A stretch of 61,847 bases of DNA, counting the filler, from Sluysia triapertura (lineage: Eukaryota), in NCBI GenBank assembly GCA_046118255.1. It is 5 parts of 5 records of this genome, joined end to end, with 100 filler letters (N's around TTAATTAATTAA, not from the genome) between each part and the next. Parts side by side here need not be neighbours in the genome. Positions count along the whole stretch, not along the records: positions 24,687 to 35,442 come from JBJNIA010193847.1; positions 35,543 to 50,653 come from JBJNIA010238994.1; 3 more parts are not named here. The stretch is one strand, 5' to 3'. Each line of letters opens with the position of its first letter. The stretch's first letter is position 1. The translations under genes were made by a program, and so were the position numbers. Below the pieces are notes generated by a model. It saw only the letters and a program-made list of their open reading frames with translations, did no database searches and had not been told where the DNA came from. Of this stretch, positions 27,187-38,924 are shown piece by piece.

Positions 27187-27893
27187 TTTTACGAAGTCTA
27201 ACTATATTAGTAGCTATCATTATCAGTAATGACAGTATCACTTTTTACATACAATTCACTGTCATTACTGATAACCATTTAACTAAAACAATTTAACTAA
27301 ATTGTTTATACTTTTATTGGTTGTCCAACCAGAACCACCGTTGTATTATTGTCAGTACTGATTGTGCATTGAGTGTTGCTTATTTTCATTAAACAGTGTT
27401 CCATAAGTATAAAAATTTATAATATCTTGTAATTATTATTTTTTAGAAAATAGCAAATGTAATAAATTCAAATTTGTGATTTTAAGCAAAAGGCAATCAA
27501 CTGAATTAGAGTTCAAAAAATAATTACGTATTTTTATCGAATATATTGTTTAAAAAATGTTCAAACAAACCTTAGATTTCGTTGATAATTGCTCCAAAGA
27601 TGAAGAAAGTTATACTTAAAGAAAGTGACTTAAAGAATATAGTTGATAAGTTATTAATTCGAATTCATAAACACATTTTTAATTCTTTGCTGAACGATAT
27701 TGATCTACAATTTAATGATAAATCGAAGAAATTTTACTTAAATCGTTGTCACACATTTCAGCAGATGATATTTTTATAAAGTGACAACCAAACGATTGTC
27801 AACGATATTTATCAAGGAATTCATAATATTTAGTAAACAAAATCAGCAAGAGAAAGAAGATTAAAGATAAGCAGATCTAAATTAGATTTAACC

Positions 27894-28340
27894 ATGCCGG
27901 TAACTGTTAATGATATACACCATCATAAATTTGGTAATGCTTCTAAATCAAAATTTATTGCAATTTTTATAAATCAATCGTCTATTAAACGTATTACTTC
28001 GATGATGAAAGAAAATGTCACTGTCAGACCAAAGGTTAATAAGGCTGATAAAATATCTGCATCAAACCCTATAAAAAGTAAAGTAATTATTAAAGAGAAT
28101 CGAAGCCATGTTGATAAGTATGATAGAATGACCGAAGAAGAAATCATGAAACAAACACTACCTGATTACTTAGGTGAAATTTTTGACTCGATTATGTTTA
28201 GTATCAATCCGACTATGACTTTTGTCTGTTTAGATCACCATTATAGTTTGATTGGTAATCGTATCAGAGGAGTTTTATCTTTTTGTCCGAGTATTCACAT
28301 AGATCAAATACTCTGGAAGCTAGTCACGAAATTGTCTTGA
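27894..28340 (+). pseudogene. Intronless partial TDG copy within a 148-aa ORF
   Basis: NRSHVDKYDRMTEEEIMKQTLPDYLGEIFDSIMFSINPTMTFVCLDHHYSLIGNR aligns colinearly with the TDG exons at 38100-38364 but lacks the 38201-38294 intron. Confidence 0.85.
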
Positions 28341-29814
28341 TAAATAAAACTAATGTAAAAGTGTCAATTCCATCTGAAGTGGTGAAATTAAGTCAGAAAT
28401 TACGAAACTACATCACTGTTTATTTCAAGAATTCACATCTAGATGTGAAACATAGAATATCGGTCGACATAATAATGAAGGAATTCAAACATAGCATCAC
28501 AGAAAATATTATTAGTTTCGTATATTTGTAATATATTAAATTAAATTTTAATTTTACTTGATACGTTTTATGACAATCGTATAATATAATACTTGATTGA
28601 CTTATAATAATTTCTTTTAAGAACTAGGTGTTAATCAATTTTTTTTAGAAAAAACTCAAAGATAGACAATGATTTATTAAATTTTATAAAATTATATAAG
28701 ATGTTATTCGTAACGATGATAACAATTCTGGTTGGACGACTGTAATAATGTATGATCAATGAACAAGAGATAAACCACCAATCATGTTGACATTCATTTG
28801 TACACAGTGATTAGTTATGTCAGCATGAATGGTGGTAATTGATGATTTATTTAAAAATTACTAATTTAAAATTAAAAATAATACAGATACAAAATAAAAA
28901 TTATAACATTAATAATAACAACGACAGTATTATTATTATTGTTATTGCCACAAATTCTTATTTTTCTTTTAAAAACATGATATTTTCTTTTATCTTTAAT
29001 TTTTCTAAACATATTGAAATTAAAGGTGAAAAGGATGAAGTTTATAGGATCATAATTTTGTAATGTAAATGTCTTGAGAGGATTGACATGCGTTTTAATG
29101 TTAGTTTTAATATTGTTTCCTTAGAGTTTTAACTGAATTAAAGTTTCTAGCTAAAATGTTATTAAAATATAAATGATTCTGACCTAAATACTTTGAAGTG
29201 TTAAAAAGAGTGATGAATGTGCACTGGTGTTTTGAAAGAAAGTCATGCTTGGTTGTTATGATTTAATGATAAACAATCGTGCATTTAGATGTTTGTTAAG
29301 TAATCTCGAATATGATTGTGATTGACTTGTTTGAGATAAAAGAATGCAAAATAAAATATTTTTAATGAGTTTTTAATGTAATTTAATGGTTTAAGACGTA
29401 ATTGTGGATTGGATTTTATGAGGTGTCGAATAATTATTTTTGACGGATTGTTTAATGTAAATTGATGGTATTATATGTTATGAGATTGAAGACTTGAGGT
29501 ATTTTGAATAGTGAAAGTTTCAATCATAAAGTTTCAAACCGTCAATTTGGTCAACCAGCGATAATAAAATGCACCTGCTCCCACTCTGTGCTATCTCGAT
29601 ACCTACTCTCCCATACAACTCCAAACAACCTCAAACATCAAGTCACTGCAGTCGTATTGACTCACCAGTTGTGCCATATGTCCTACTTCAACGCCTACTC
29701 AGTTGTTCTTGACTGTAATTTGCGGTGATGTTCAAGCTTTCCTGAACAACTTTTCTCTACCCAAACTTGCAAAGTGGACATACATAAACTGGATTTTCAA
29801 CCCAAAAAGGCACT

Positions 29815-30110
29815 GGATACGTTTAAGGGATGGTATGAGAGTTACTAGAACAGAATGGGTGACATGAATTAAAATATTAAGAATTTTGAAAAGTAAAGAA
29901 TGACATCGGAAATACCAGAATATTTATATAATTTGATAAAGAAAGCTGTTTCTATTCGTAAGCATTTGGAACGAAACAGAGAAGATATAGAGAGCAAATA
30001 AAGTTTAATTTTGGTTGAATCTAAAATTCATCGTCTTGCTAGATATTATAAAAGTATCGTAAGAAACCTGGAAATGTGAATCATCAACTGCATCAACCTT
30101 AGTTTCATAA
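29815..30110 (+). pseudogene. RPS13: 40S ribosomal protein S13 (uS15) pseudogene, 5'-truncated
   Basis: 'LRDG...KILRILKSK...[47 protein letters not shown]...ESSTASTLVS*' with stops and frameshifts. Confidence 0.93.
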
Positions 30111-32090
30111 TTTAATATAATTGTTGTAATGGCTAGGTTACTTAGAATTTACATTATAAAATGAAATATTATTGATTATGAACTTAAGGACCGTTCTAAA
30201 TGTTAAGTATATGATAACGTAAAAATTAAATTTAAAATTTATTTAAAATTTAAATAAAAAATTTATTTCAATTAAATTCTCGAGAATTATAATCGATAAA
30301 AAACGGTCTTTTATTATTTTTTTACAAAATTATAATCAAGGCCTTTCCTGAACAGTACATTTTCAAAATAAAAGCAAAAATAAAACTCCATTTTATATTT
30401 TAAATCAAATAAAAACAACATAACTTCGTGGACTCATAACTGTTCAACATTGAATCTCATTCCTATTGTCCGAGTGAACATTCCAATCTTGACAAGGCAA
30501 ATTTCCTTTTAAAAACAAAAAACAAATAACCTACAGCTTCTAACCGATCTCATCTAATTTTCTGACTTCTCATATTAATACATTCAGATGCTAGCATTGG
30601 AAGGTGAATTTTCGAAAATCCAACATGAGCTTTGCCTTTAGATTTCAGGTAATGATGAATAAAACCAAGGTCAACATCACATAGCGTGCGTCTAATTATA
30701 CAGCACAATCAAAGGGAACTAAAAAATGATCTAGTTTTACATCAGGGTAAACGAACTCCAATTTATGAACATCTTAAATAGAAATCATTAATTCTGAGGT
30801 AACCTTAGAAAATGTATGGTACAATTACGATACCGATAATTTGAAGACTAAATTATCTGTGTAATAACGCAGCGCTGGAAATCCGTACGCATCGAGATTA
30901 AACAAATTTAAATGGTAATAACATCTATATTCTGTCATGACACTTTTAATATACTTTTCTGACTGCTTTTCAAATTTTACAGCAAAACATTGCTTAAACC
31001 TGTTCAAATGTGTCTGCTTTGAGAATTCTAGCATAATGTCTGATATCTTTGGTAACGTCCGAGGATGCTTGAAAAAAATTAATTTGTAACATATCTCCGA
31101 GTGATTTATTGCAGCTACCAAATATTTTGAAAATTTTTAAAATGCATAAACATCTTTGAAATGTAATGAATTTTGTAATGTACATAAATTTTATAACTAA
31201 CTATCTGGTTTTTAATTGGCCAAAAAATAGCAGAAAATAATAGTGATACACACATATACACATAAGTATGACACCATTCTAGTTCTTAGTTGAGCTCATT
31301 TTAACAGCTTCTACAAAAACAATTTTCGTATTCCTCTTGAAGTTTTATATCGAATTCTAAAGACATTTTTAGTTAAAATAAAAGAATTTAAATTATAAAA
31401 TTTAATAAATTGTCTTATGTAAATTATAAATAAAATGTGACCAAATTGGAGAATCAAAAATATCAGCATTATATCTTAAATTATGTCGGTTTACATCAAA
31501 TATATTTCGAGTTTTATTACAGGTTTGTTTCTCCTTCAAAATCTTAACTTTGAACATATTATAATCGTGGAAATCAAAATATTTAATATTCTTATTTAAT
31601 CGTTTATATTATTATAACTCCGTAAATGGATACATATATTATGTGTGCTTCGAATTTTGGATATGGTTTGAACATAGTGGAGAAATGTTCAAAGGCTTCC
31701 AAAAACACTTCTAAAGCTTTTGATTCTCTTCTGGTGGGTCTTGAAATAACACGAAAACAAAAAACACAAAAAATAGAATACAAAGTTTGAGAGTATTATT
31801 GCAGGTGATGTTCATGCGAATGGGAGAGGTGATATCATAGCTTATATATATTTATAATTCTATTTTAGACCTTATAGTCTATGGAATATTTGTAGGTGAA
31901 TTTCATGTAAATTTATGAATGATTATGGCAATACAATACTGGATTAGTTTCGTTATTTTATATTTTTCAAAGCAGCTGTATATACCTTGAAATTTTAAAT
32001 ATTGTGAATTTTCAACTGATTGTAAGCCATATTCTTTTGGGTTTAGTTTTATGGTAGTTTAATGGCTTAAATAGTATATTCAAAAGAAAA

Positions 32091-32486
32091 ATGGTCGAAT
32101 GCATGGAAAAGGAAAGGATATATCCCAAAGTGCTATTCAGTATAAGTGATCAGTTCCGAAGTAGTTAACACTAAAAAGTGAAGAAGTTATTGATGTTATT
32201 GTTAAGTTAGCAAGAAAGGACTGAAGCCATTTCAACTTTTAACTTTTATTAGGTTGTATGGTAGTTGCTAAAACTGAATGGGTGATAGGATGTAAAATAT
32301 TAAGATTTTTGAAAAGCAAAGGAATTTTATCGAAAATAGCAGAGGATTGTATAATTTGATGAAGAAAGCTGTTTATATTCGTAAGCACTTGAAGCAAAGC
32401 AGAAAAATATGGATATCAAATATGGTTTAATTTTGGTTGAATCTAAAATTCATCGTCTTGCTAGATGTTATAAAATAATAAAGATA
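32091..32486 (+). pseudogene. RPS13: Second RPS13 pseudogene, 3'-truncated
   Basis: 'M(G)RMHGKGKDISQSAIQYK*SVPK*LTLKSEEVIDVIVKLARK...KILRFLKSKG...EDCII/KKAVYIRKHL...LILVESKIHRLAR' with stops and frameshifts. Confidence 0.93.
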
Positions 32487-32534
32487 TGAACCAAATCGGA
32501 TGCCCTTTTCCATGCTATCTTCAGTAAACAAAAT

Positions 32535-33450
32535 GTCCCGACCGCTTGGAAACAGTACAATATTCCCTTAATCATCAAAACCAACAAATTCACATCGGCA
32601 AAGTAGCATTCTGGAGAACTATAACTATTGTGGACTCTAGCAATAGGGTCTTTGCTAAGATCCTTAGTGATAGACTGCACTCTTGGATCAAATGCGGCAA
32701 CTTGATTAGTAATCATCAACCTGCTATTCTCTAATCCTATGGGTGTAAGGAACACAATTTCCTACCACACTCACTAAAGGAAATGAATTACAGAAAATCC
32801 AAAAAGACTGAATTCCACATAGTTGTTCTGGAGTTGGCTAACACATTCGGCTCGGTGACTCACAACCTCATATTATCATGTATGGGACTATAGTAAAAAC
32901 TCGACCACAATCTGTAAATGCAACGATGTTACTACCGATCCAATACCTATTACATGACACTATTCTGTCTGGCAAGTGACTACTTCTTTATACTGTATGC
33001 AGATAACGACAAAATTCAAATCGGTGACTTGAAATTTCCTACTCCGATGACATTGCTCTTATTGACACTAGGTTAGAGAACCTCCAGAGAAAGCTACACA
33101 TACTGGTAGAAAAAGCAATGAAAATAGTGAGACTCTCTTCCTCTGAATTCTCTTTAGGGAAAACAAATGACAAGACATTGCTGAAATGCTGCAGGAAAAC
33201 CTTAAATATGCACATGATTCAGTGATCAAGGAATTTGAAATCTGTAGAAATTTCATCAAATTTCGGCTCCCATTCCACTTGCGAAATCTCATTATCAATG
33301 TACAAACCTTAAGTAGCCCATATACCCAACAATAGCGCAACATGACACAAACAGAATGCTCAAACTGTTCATTGGACACAAAAACTCCAGTTTATTCTAC
33401 TAACCCTGGAATCCTCCAACAACGCCTTCAGAGACATGTATTACAAGGTC
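32535..33450 (+). mobile_element. Non-LTR retrotransposon RT remnant (R2/NeSL-like clade)
   Basis: 'WRTITIVDSSNRVFAKILSDRLHSW...ISNHQ...GCKEHNF...IVVLELANTFGSVTH' and 'YSDDIALI' (YADD box). Confidence 0.85.
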
Positions 33451-33799
33451 ACCGGTCTTAATTTAATAGTAAAAAATGATGATGACATAATTCAATTGTG
33501 GGGGAGAATATACTATAAAATAGTATTATTGCCTATTAATTAAAAAATTAACATGACATAAATTCATCATACTAATGTCTATAGTTGACAGCTATAGGGA
33601 AGTGGAAAGGAAAAAGAAAATACGGGGTCTGGCAAACTCTTATAAGACCTTAGTGAGGACTAAAAGACTATAGTCGTAAGTAAACAGTGAAGGCCAAGTC
33701 TATAGTGAAGACAAGTCTATAGACGTACCACTTGTGTATCCTATAGTGAAGATGAAGAAAGAAAGAGTTAATAATACTATTGTCAGTACATGTTTATCT

Positions 33800-33866
33800 C
33801 ACATCAAATTGTGCAGCAAGAAGTCCCGGTTTCGATCTCCGGTCAATCCATTTTATGAAGTCTAAC
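33800..33866 (+). repeat. tRNA-derived repeat, 3' half
   Basis: gtcccggtttcgatctccggtcaatccattttatgaagtctaac matches 27158-27202, including the downstream flank. Confidence 0.75.
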
Positions 33867-35442
33867 ATTACCACATTCTACAATACAATTAAAATCACGA
33901 ACACATTGGCAAAATAAAATTCAATGAAATATATTCTCTTGGATGATTCATTTTATTCAAGTAATAAATTCACATTTTTCATCACCTATAACTTTATATG
34001 TTTACAATAACTTCTTTCACGTTTCAATTTTACGCATCTGTTTATGTCGAGTCTACAGTTTCCTACCTAAAACATTAATTCCGGCAAGGCAATCTATAAT
34101 TTAAATATATCACAATGCACTTACAATGAAAGCACAACACTTTTTAAGCACTTCATAACCTTGAATTTATTATATAGCCTTAAAATAATAACAGGTTTAA
34201 ATGTAGTGATGCTTTGCATTTATTTTCTTTAGACATTATTCTACCTTTTTATATCTGAAGACTTTATCATTATTGGTAACTATTCTTATAGGAATTCCAC
34301 GAAAATAGAATAAATTATTTACATGTGGTATCAGAGTGCTCTAGTCTGCTTTGTTAATATGGAGTCGAATGGAAATCAATCTCTGACACTTAAGAATAAG
34401 AAATTTTGCAACATCTAGATTGGTTCTGGTAAAGTCCATTTTGCTGTGCTGGTATAATAGTTTTTAATGATATGGGTATTTATTTGCAATATTGAACTTT
34501 TATTATTGATAATTCATATTTATTGTTATAATTAATAAATTGTTTTAGTTGTGATACAAAGTACATAATTGAGGTTAACCTTAATTTAATTTTCTGAGTT
34601 TTGAATTTAAAGTTATTTAAAAGTTAAATTAAAATATTTAACCGAATCTTTTAAACCATAATCTTAATAAATTCTTTATTAAACCATATTCTAATAAATT
34701 CTTTGTCAGGTCCTTCTAATTTAATATTGCTGAATTTTTACAGAATTTAGAGTCAGTGTTCAAACCTAACAACGTTCAATATTATTTTAGTGTCTTTACA
34801 TCTGCACCATAAAAGGTAATCACTTTTTTCGTTATTTAGATTAAATTTAGGTGACATAGCTGCGTTAATTTCGAAAAAATTATCCTCAATAGAATTTAAA
34901 TTATTATCACCACTCCTGCCAATGAGCTTCTTAGACTTTTCCGACTTTGTTAAGTCTCTTTTATGTGTAATGTCTGTAGACTCATATACATGTAATTGTT
35001 CTGCATTGTTGTCATCAAACTCAAACACAAAATATCTTGCAGAATTTCATAATTATTGAAAATGTTTTACTTTTGAAAAAATACAAATGTTTTATTTAAT
35101 AAATCACTTACAAAATGAATTCAGTGACTTAAGGTTTGCCTCTAGTGAACGGTTTATACCTACGTCGGAGACTTTCATGCAGAATATATTAGAATTTATT
35201 TGTGGTTTTTACTTTTAAAATTATATTGCGCTGCGAGTCTTCTATGATGTTGGGCTTAAACAATTAAGGGCCAACCCAAAGATGTCAGTGTAAGAATAAT
35301 GTGCATGTTTATAGGAGGTCAAAGAAGATGGTTTTTGTAGGGAACTCGTCATTCGGTATCAATCACAATTCATCACACAACATTCATAATAATTCATCTC
35401 ATAAAACTCAACACAAATCATCACTTAAAAACGATACACACA

Positions 35443-35542
35443 NNNNNNNNNNNNNNNNNNNNNNNNNNNNNNNNNNNNNNNNNNNNTTAATTAATTAANN
35501 NNNNNNNNNNNNNNNNNNNNNNNNNNNNNNNNNNNNNNNNNN
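35443..35542. other. Artificial 100-bp contig spacer
   Basis: 44N + TTAATTAATTAA + 44N. Confidence 0.97.
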
Positions 35543-35562
35543 TATGGTGAATGATTTACCTT

Positions 35563-35637
35563 AAGCGCTTTTGAGTACTTTCGCGGTAGATATGAGCGCA
35601 ATATAAATTAATATATTATATTATTATTATTATTACT
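35563..35637 (+). mobile_element. L2-type LINE/SINE 3' tail (stem-loop + (ATT)n)
   Basis: GCGCTTTTGAGTAC...ATGAGCGCAATATAAAT followed by attatt repeats. A second copy is at 53530. Confidence 0.7.
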
Positions 35638-36649
35638 GAATGCGCGGGTCAATTCCGTTAACAGGAGTAAATTACCGCAAATGGGGTAAAAGTTTCAGGT
35701 AATGAATTAAATTAATAACTTAGTTTCAAAATTTACTGACTTCATTTATGATTTTTTATCAAAAAATTTGGATTTTGCTAATTTTTAAGCAATGTTATTA
35801 AATTTTGTATTATTAAAAAAATTCACGATTTTGAATATTACAAAAATATGAAAATTATTTACGAAATTTGCTCAGAACAGCCGAAAATCAATATTTAGCG
35901 AACTAATTGAACAAATGATAAGCAATCATTTCAAGAAATAGTCAAGGAAAGTGTGCGATGTGACTCGTACAACGCAATGCACCACAAGTTTGTTATAAAT
36001 TATCTATTTGCGCATGTGTAGAGAAAATATGAAAACTAATTGCAAAAATATGTCAACGTGAAAGAGCTAATGAAACTATTAAATCAAAAATTAAAAATGA
36101 TCGATCGTCTTCTAAACTATATAAAAATTATTAAATACACACCACTTCTTCAGAAAAAATAAATGCAAATTCATTTGAGTAATTTCAAAAACTGGACAAA
36201 TAGAGTTCCAAAAATAGAATTTTTTAATTTTTATTGCTCTATAGTAATTCAAAATTTTCAAGGATCAATAAACGCATAATATTAACTCTTGGGTATCTAG
36301 AAGTAGTCACAAAGGATTTGAAAGTTATTTTTAGTACACATCTAAGTGAAAAAAACTTCACATGTTAATTTCCATAATTTACTCTATATATGTCTAATTA
36401 ATTAAAACATAATATAAGTTCTTAAAATAAGATATTGAGAATAAAAAAATCCTGATAATTGTATATATACATCTGTATGTGGCCGATGTTACCACTTTTT
36501 AAATTTTGATTATTAGTAAACCTTCAAGGGAAATTTATAATGATCTAAAAAGAATAACAAAAAGAGATTTTCGAGAATGTTTTATTTGAATTTAAATAGA
36601 CGGATTTATTGTAAAAATGAATATTCACAAATGAGCGTTAAAGAAACTA

Positions 36650-37315
36650 TAAGATTTATTAAAGCCGGCGACTCCGAATCAAGAGATCTGGACAATGGTA
36701 AGGTGAATATGTGAAAAGTCCTATTCAATCATACTTGAAGAAAAGTAAGAATGTTATAAGTGGTAACTTTTTTCTATTCTGTTATTTGCAAAATACTTAC
36801 TCTCGATGCAGATGGCAATCATTAAAACCGTGGGGAAAAACAAAAAAAGTTTAGTTCCAGAATTTTAAACTCAAAGAGACAGAGAGAAAGAAAGATAATA
36901 ATATTCTTGTGAAATTTAACGCAAAGAAGAACAAATATGTAATCGAGCTTAGCACACAACATCAAATTTCTGAAATAGTAAGTCTGCGATAACAAAGTCT
37001 TATAACTTTTCATAAGCTATATGTAAATATATTGGATTAGCTAATTAGGTTTTATTCGACTAAACCCTCGACTCGTCGTTGGCCTATAGCTATTTTTTAC
37101 AATACTTGTTATGTGGCTGCATATAATGCCAAGAGAGTTCTTAAAAATGCTATCTGAGAAACTTCTTAAAGATTGAAGTAGACAATCTGTATAAAGAGGA
37201 CTTTGACATATGTGCGAAAAAAAATCTAAGAGAATCATGTCAACTTGTCATTAGTGCAATCAATTTGTTTATGAAAAGATAGAGATATCGATCTGTAAGA
37301 AATGTTTCAGTACCT
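36650..37315 (+). mobile_element. piggyBac transposase remnant
   Basis: 'KTVGKNKKSLVPEF', 'YSTKPSTRRWPIAIFYNTCYVAAYNA', and C-terminal Cys cluster 'KRGL*HMC...TCH*CNQFV.....ICKKC'. Confidence 0.8.
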
Positions 37316-37905
37316 AAAATTTATATCTTTTTTTTTATATGGCCATTGTGGACATGGTTATTTTAAAATGTAGCTTTTTCGGTGGTTAAATTTTAATTTT
37401 GCTAACAGATTAGTGAACAGTAAATCTGTTAGAAAATTAATCTGTAAATTTAAAATTGTTCAACGTTTTTGTTATTTTACTAATTTGTTATATTTTACTA
37501 ATTAGTTATTTTTGTTATTTTGTTATATGCACCACCTTGAACATTTAAACTATTTTGGTTAAGAAAAACATTTTATTTCAACGCATAAATAATAAAAAAT
37601 TTAATTTCAGAGAAAATTATGTCAAAATATGTGAAGTAAATGAATAAATTATTTTAAAAGTGCATATATATATTTCATTTTAAAATTTTCAATAATCTAT
37701 AAAATTTTACATCATCATAGCGAAATATGTCAANNNNNNNNNNNNNNNNNNNNNNNNNNNNNNNNNNNNNNNNNNNNNNNNNNNNNNNNNNNNNNNNNNN
37801 NNNNNNNNNNNNNNNNNNNNNNNNNNNNNNNNNNNNNNNNNNNNNNNNNNNNNNNNNNNNNNNNNNNNTATTAAAACAAATTAATATTTGGTTTAACATT
37901 AATAG

Positions 37906-38200
37906 TCATCAACTAATCGAAAAAAAGAAGCCAGAAATTATATCAGCAACTCCCATAGCTCCTAATACAGCTATTTTAACAACATTTAACAGTGTAGGAA
38001 GTTCTAATGTAACCACAGCAACTATTACTCCTTTAAGCAATAATATAATAACCGGTGGTACTGATATTAAAGCAGCAGCAATAGTAGCACCACAAAAACG
38101 TAATCGTGGTCAAATTGATCGTTACAATGGTTTAACGGAAGAAGAAGTTGTGCAAAGAAAATTACCAGATTATTTACGAGAAGGACTTGATATGATTGTG
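37906..38200 (+). CDS. TDG: Thymine-DNA glycosylase exon (low-complexity N-terminal part and start of the catalytic domain)
   Basis: ...RGQIDRYNGLTEEEVVQRKLPDYLREGLDMIV|gtttga matches TDG 'DRFNG.SE.E....LPD.L...LDIV'. The acceptor at 37905 is inferred; upstream exons are lost in or before the N gap. Confidence 0.88.
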
Positions 38201-38294
38201 GTTTGAATTTTTATTTGATTTTATACTATTGAATTTTGTAAATAGTATATCTTAATTTAAAAATAATGTTTTGTTATTTTTATTGTTTTTTCAG

Positions 38295-38364
38295 GTTGGT
38301 ATCAATCCCAGCATGACTTCTGCTTCAGTTGGACATCATTATGCAGGAATTGGAAATCACTTTT
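38295..38364 (+). CDS. TDG: TDG exon carrying the catalytic Asn motif
   Basis: tttcag|VGINPSMTSASVGHHYAGIGNHF T|gtaagt. Not in the ORF track. Confidence 0.95.
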
Positions 38365-38708
38365 GTAAGTGTGAATGCTGTTTTTCAGTACATTTTGTGT
38401 CATGCATAAAAATAATAATAATAATATTTAATATTATTATTAATTAATAATCTTAATTAATAATAGTAATTAATTTATTATTTATTTTTTTTAATCCTGT
38501 GGAATGTGATTTTATACGAGAAATATATTTAACAAGCAGACAAAACCTCATAAAAATACTGATTATCAGAGTTAAATGAATTTATTGTTTGAAATTTTTG
38601 AAAGTAGTATATATCCTGAAAAAATGATTTTAAGTTTTATAATTATAATTCAGATATTTTCTAAATAAATAACAATATATAAATAACAATAAATGATTAT
38701 TTATATAG

Positions 38709-38924
38709 GGACATGTATCACAGAAGCAGGTATTGTAACAGATCCAATAACTTGTTATGACGATTATCGAATGTTGGATTATGGTATAGGCTTTACAAAT
38801 GTATGCAGCAGACCTACAAAAGGTGCTGCTGAAATTTCGCGAAAAGAAATGAAAGCAGGTGCTGCTATTATGTTAGAAAAAATGCGAAAATATCGTCCAA
38901 AAATTGCTGTTTTTAATGGAAAAG
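38709..38924 (+). CDS. TDG: TDG exon
   Basis: atatag|GG completes Trp. Encodes WTCITEAGIVTDPITCYDDYRMLDYGIGFTNVCSRPTKGAAEISRKEMKAGAAIMLEKMRKYRPKIAVFNGKG|gttagt. Confidence 0.95.

Noticed and set aside
32039-32065. ggtttagttttatgg upstream of the RPS13 pseudogene as a spliced-leader relic
   Set aside because: Only the first 6 nt resemble nematode SL1, which is expected by chance in T-rich DNA.
29815-32486. Stop-codon reassignment to explain in-frame TGA/TAG
   Set aside because: Stops co-occur with frameshifts in decayed copies, while the genuine unc-79 and TDG exons are stop-free under the standard code.
33580-33755. CRISPR-like repeat-spacer array
   Set aside because: Repeats are irregular and degenerate, the context is eukaryotic, and no cas genes are present.
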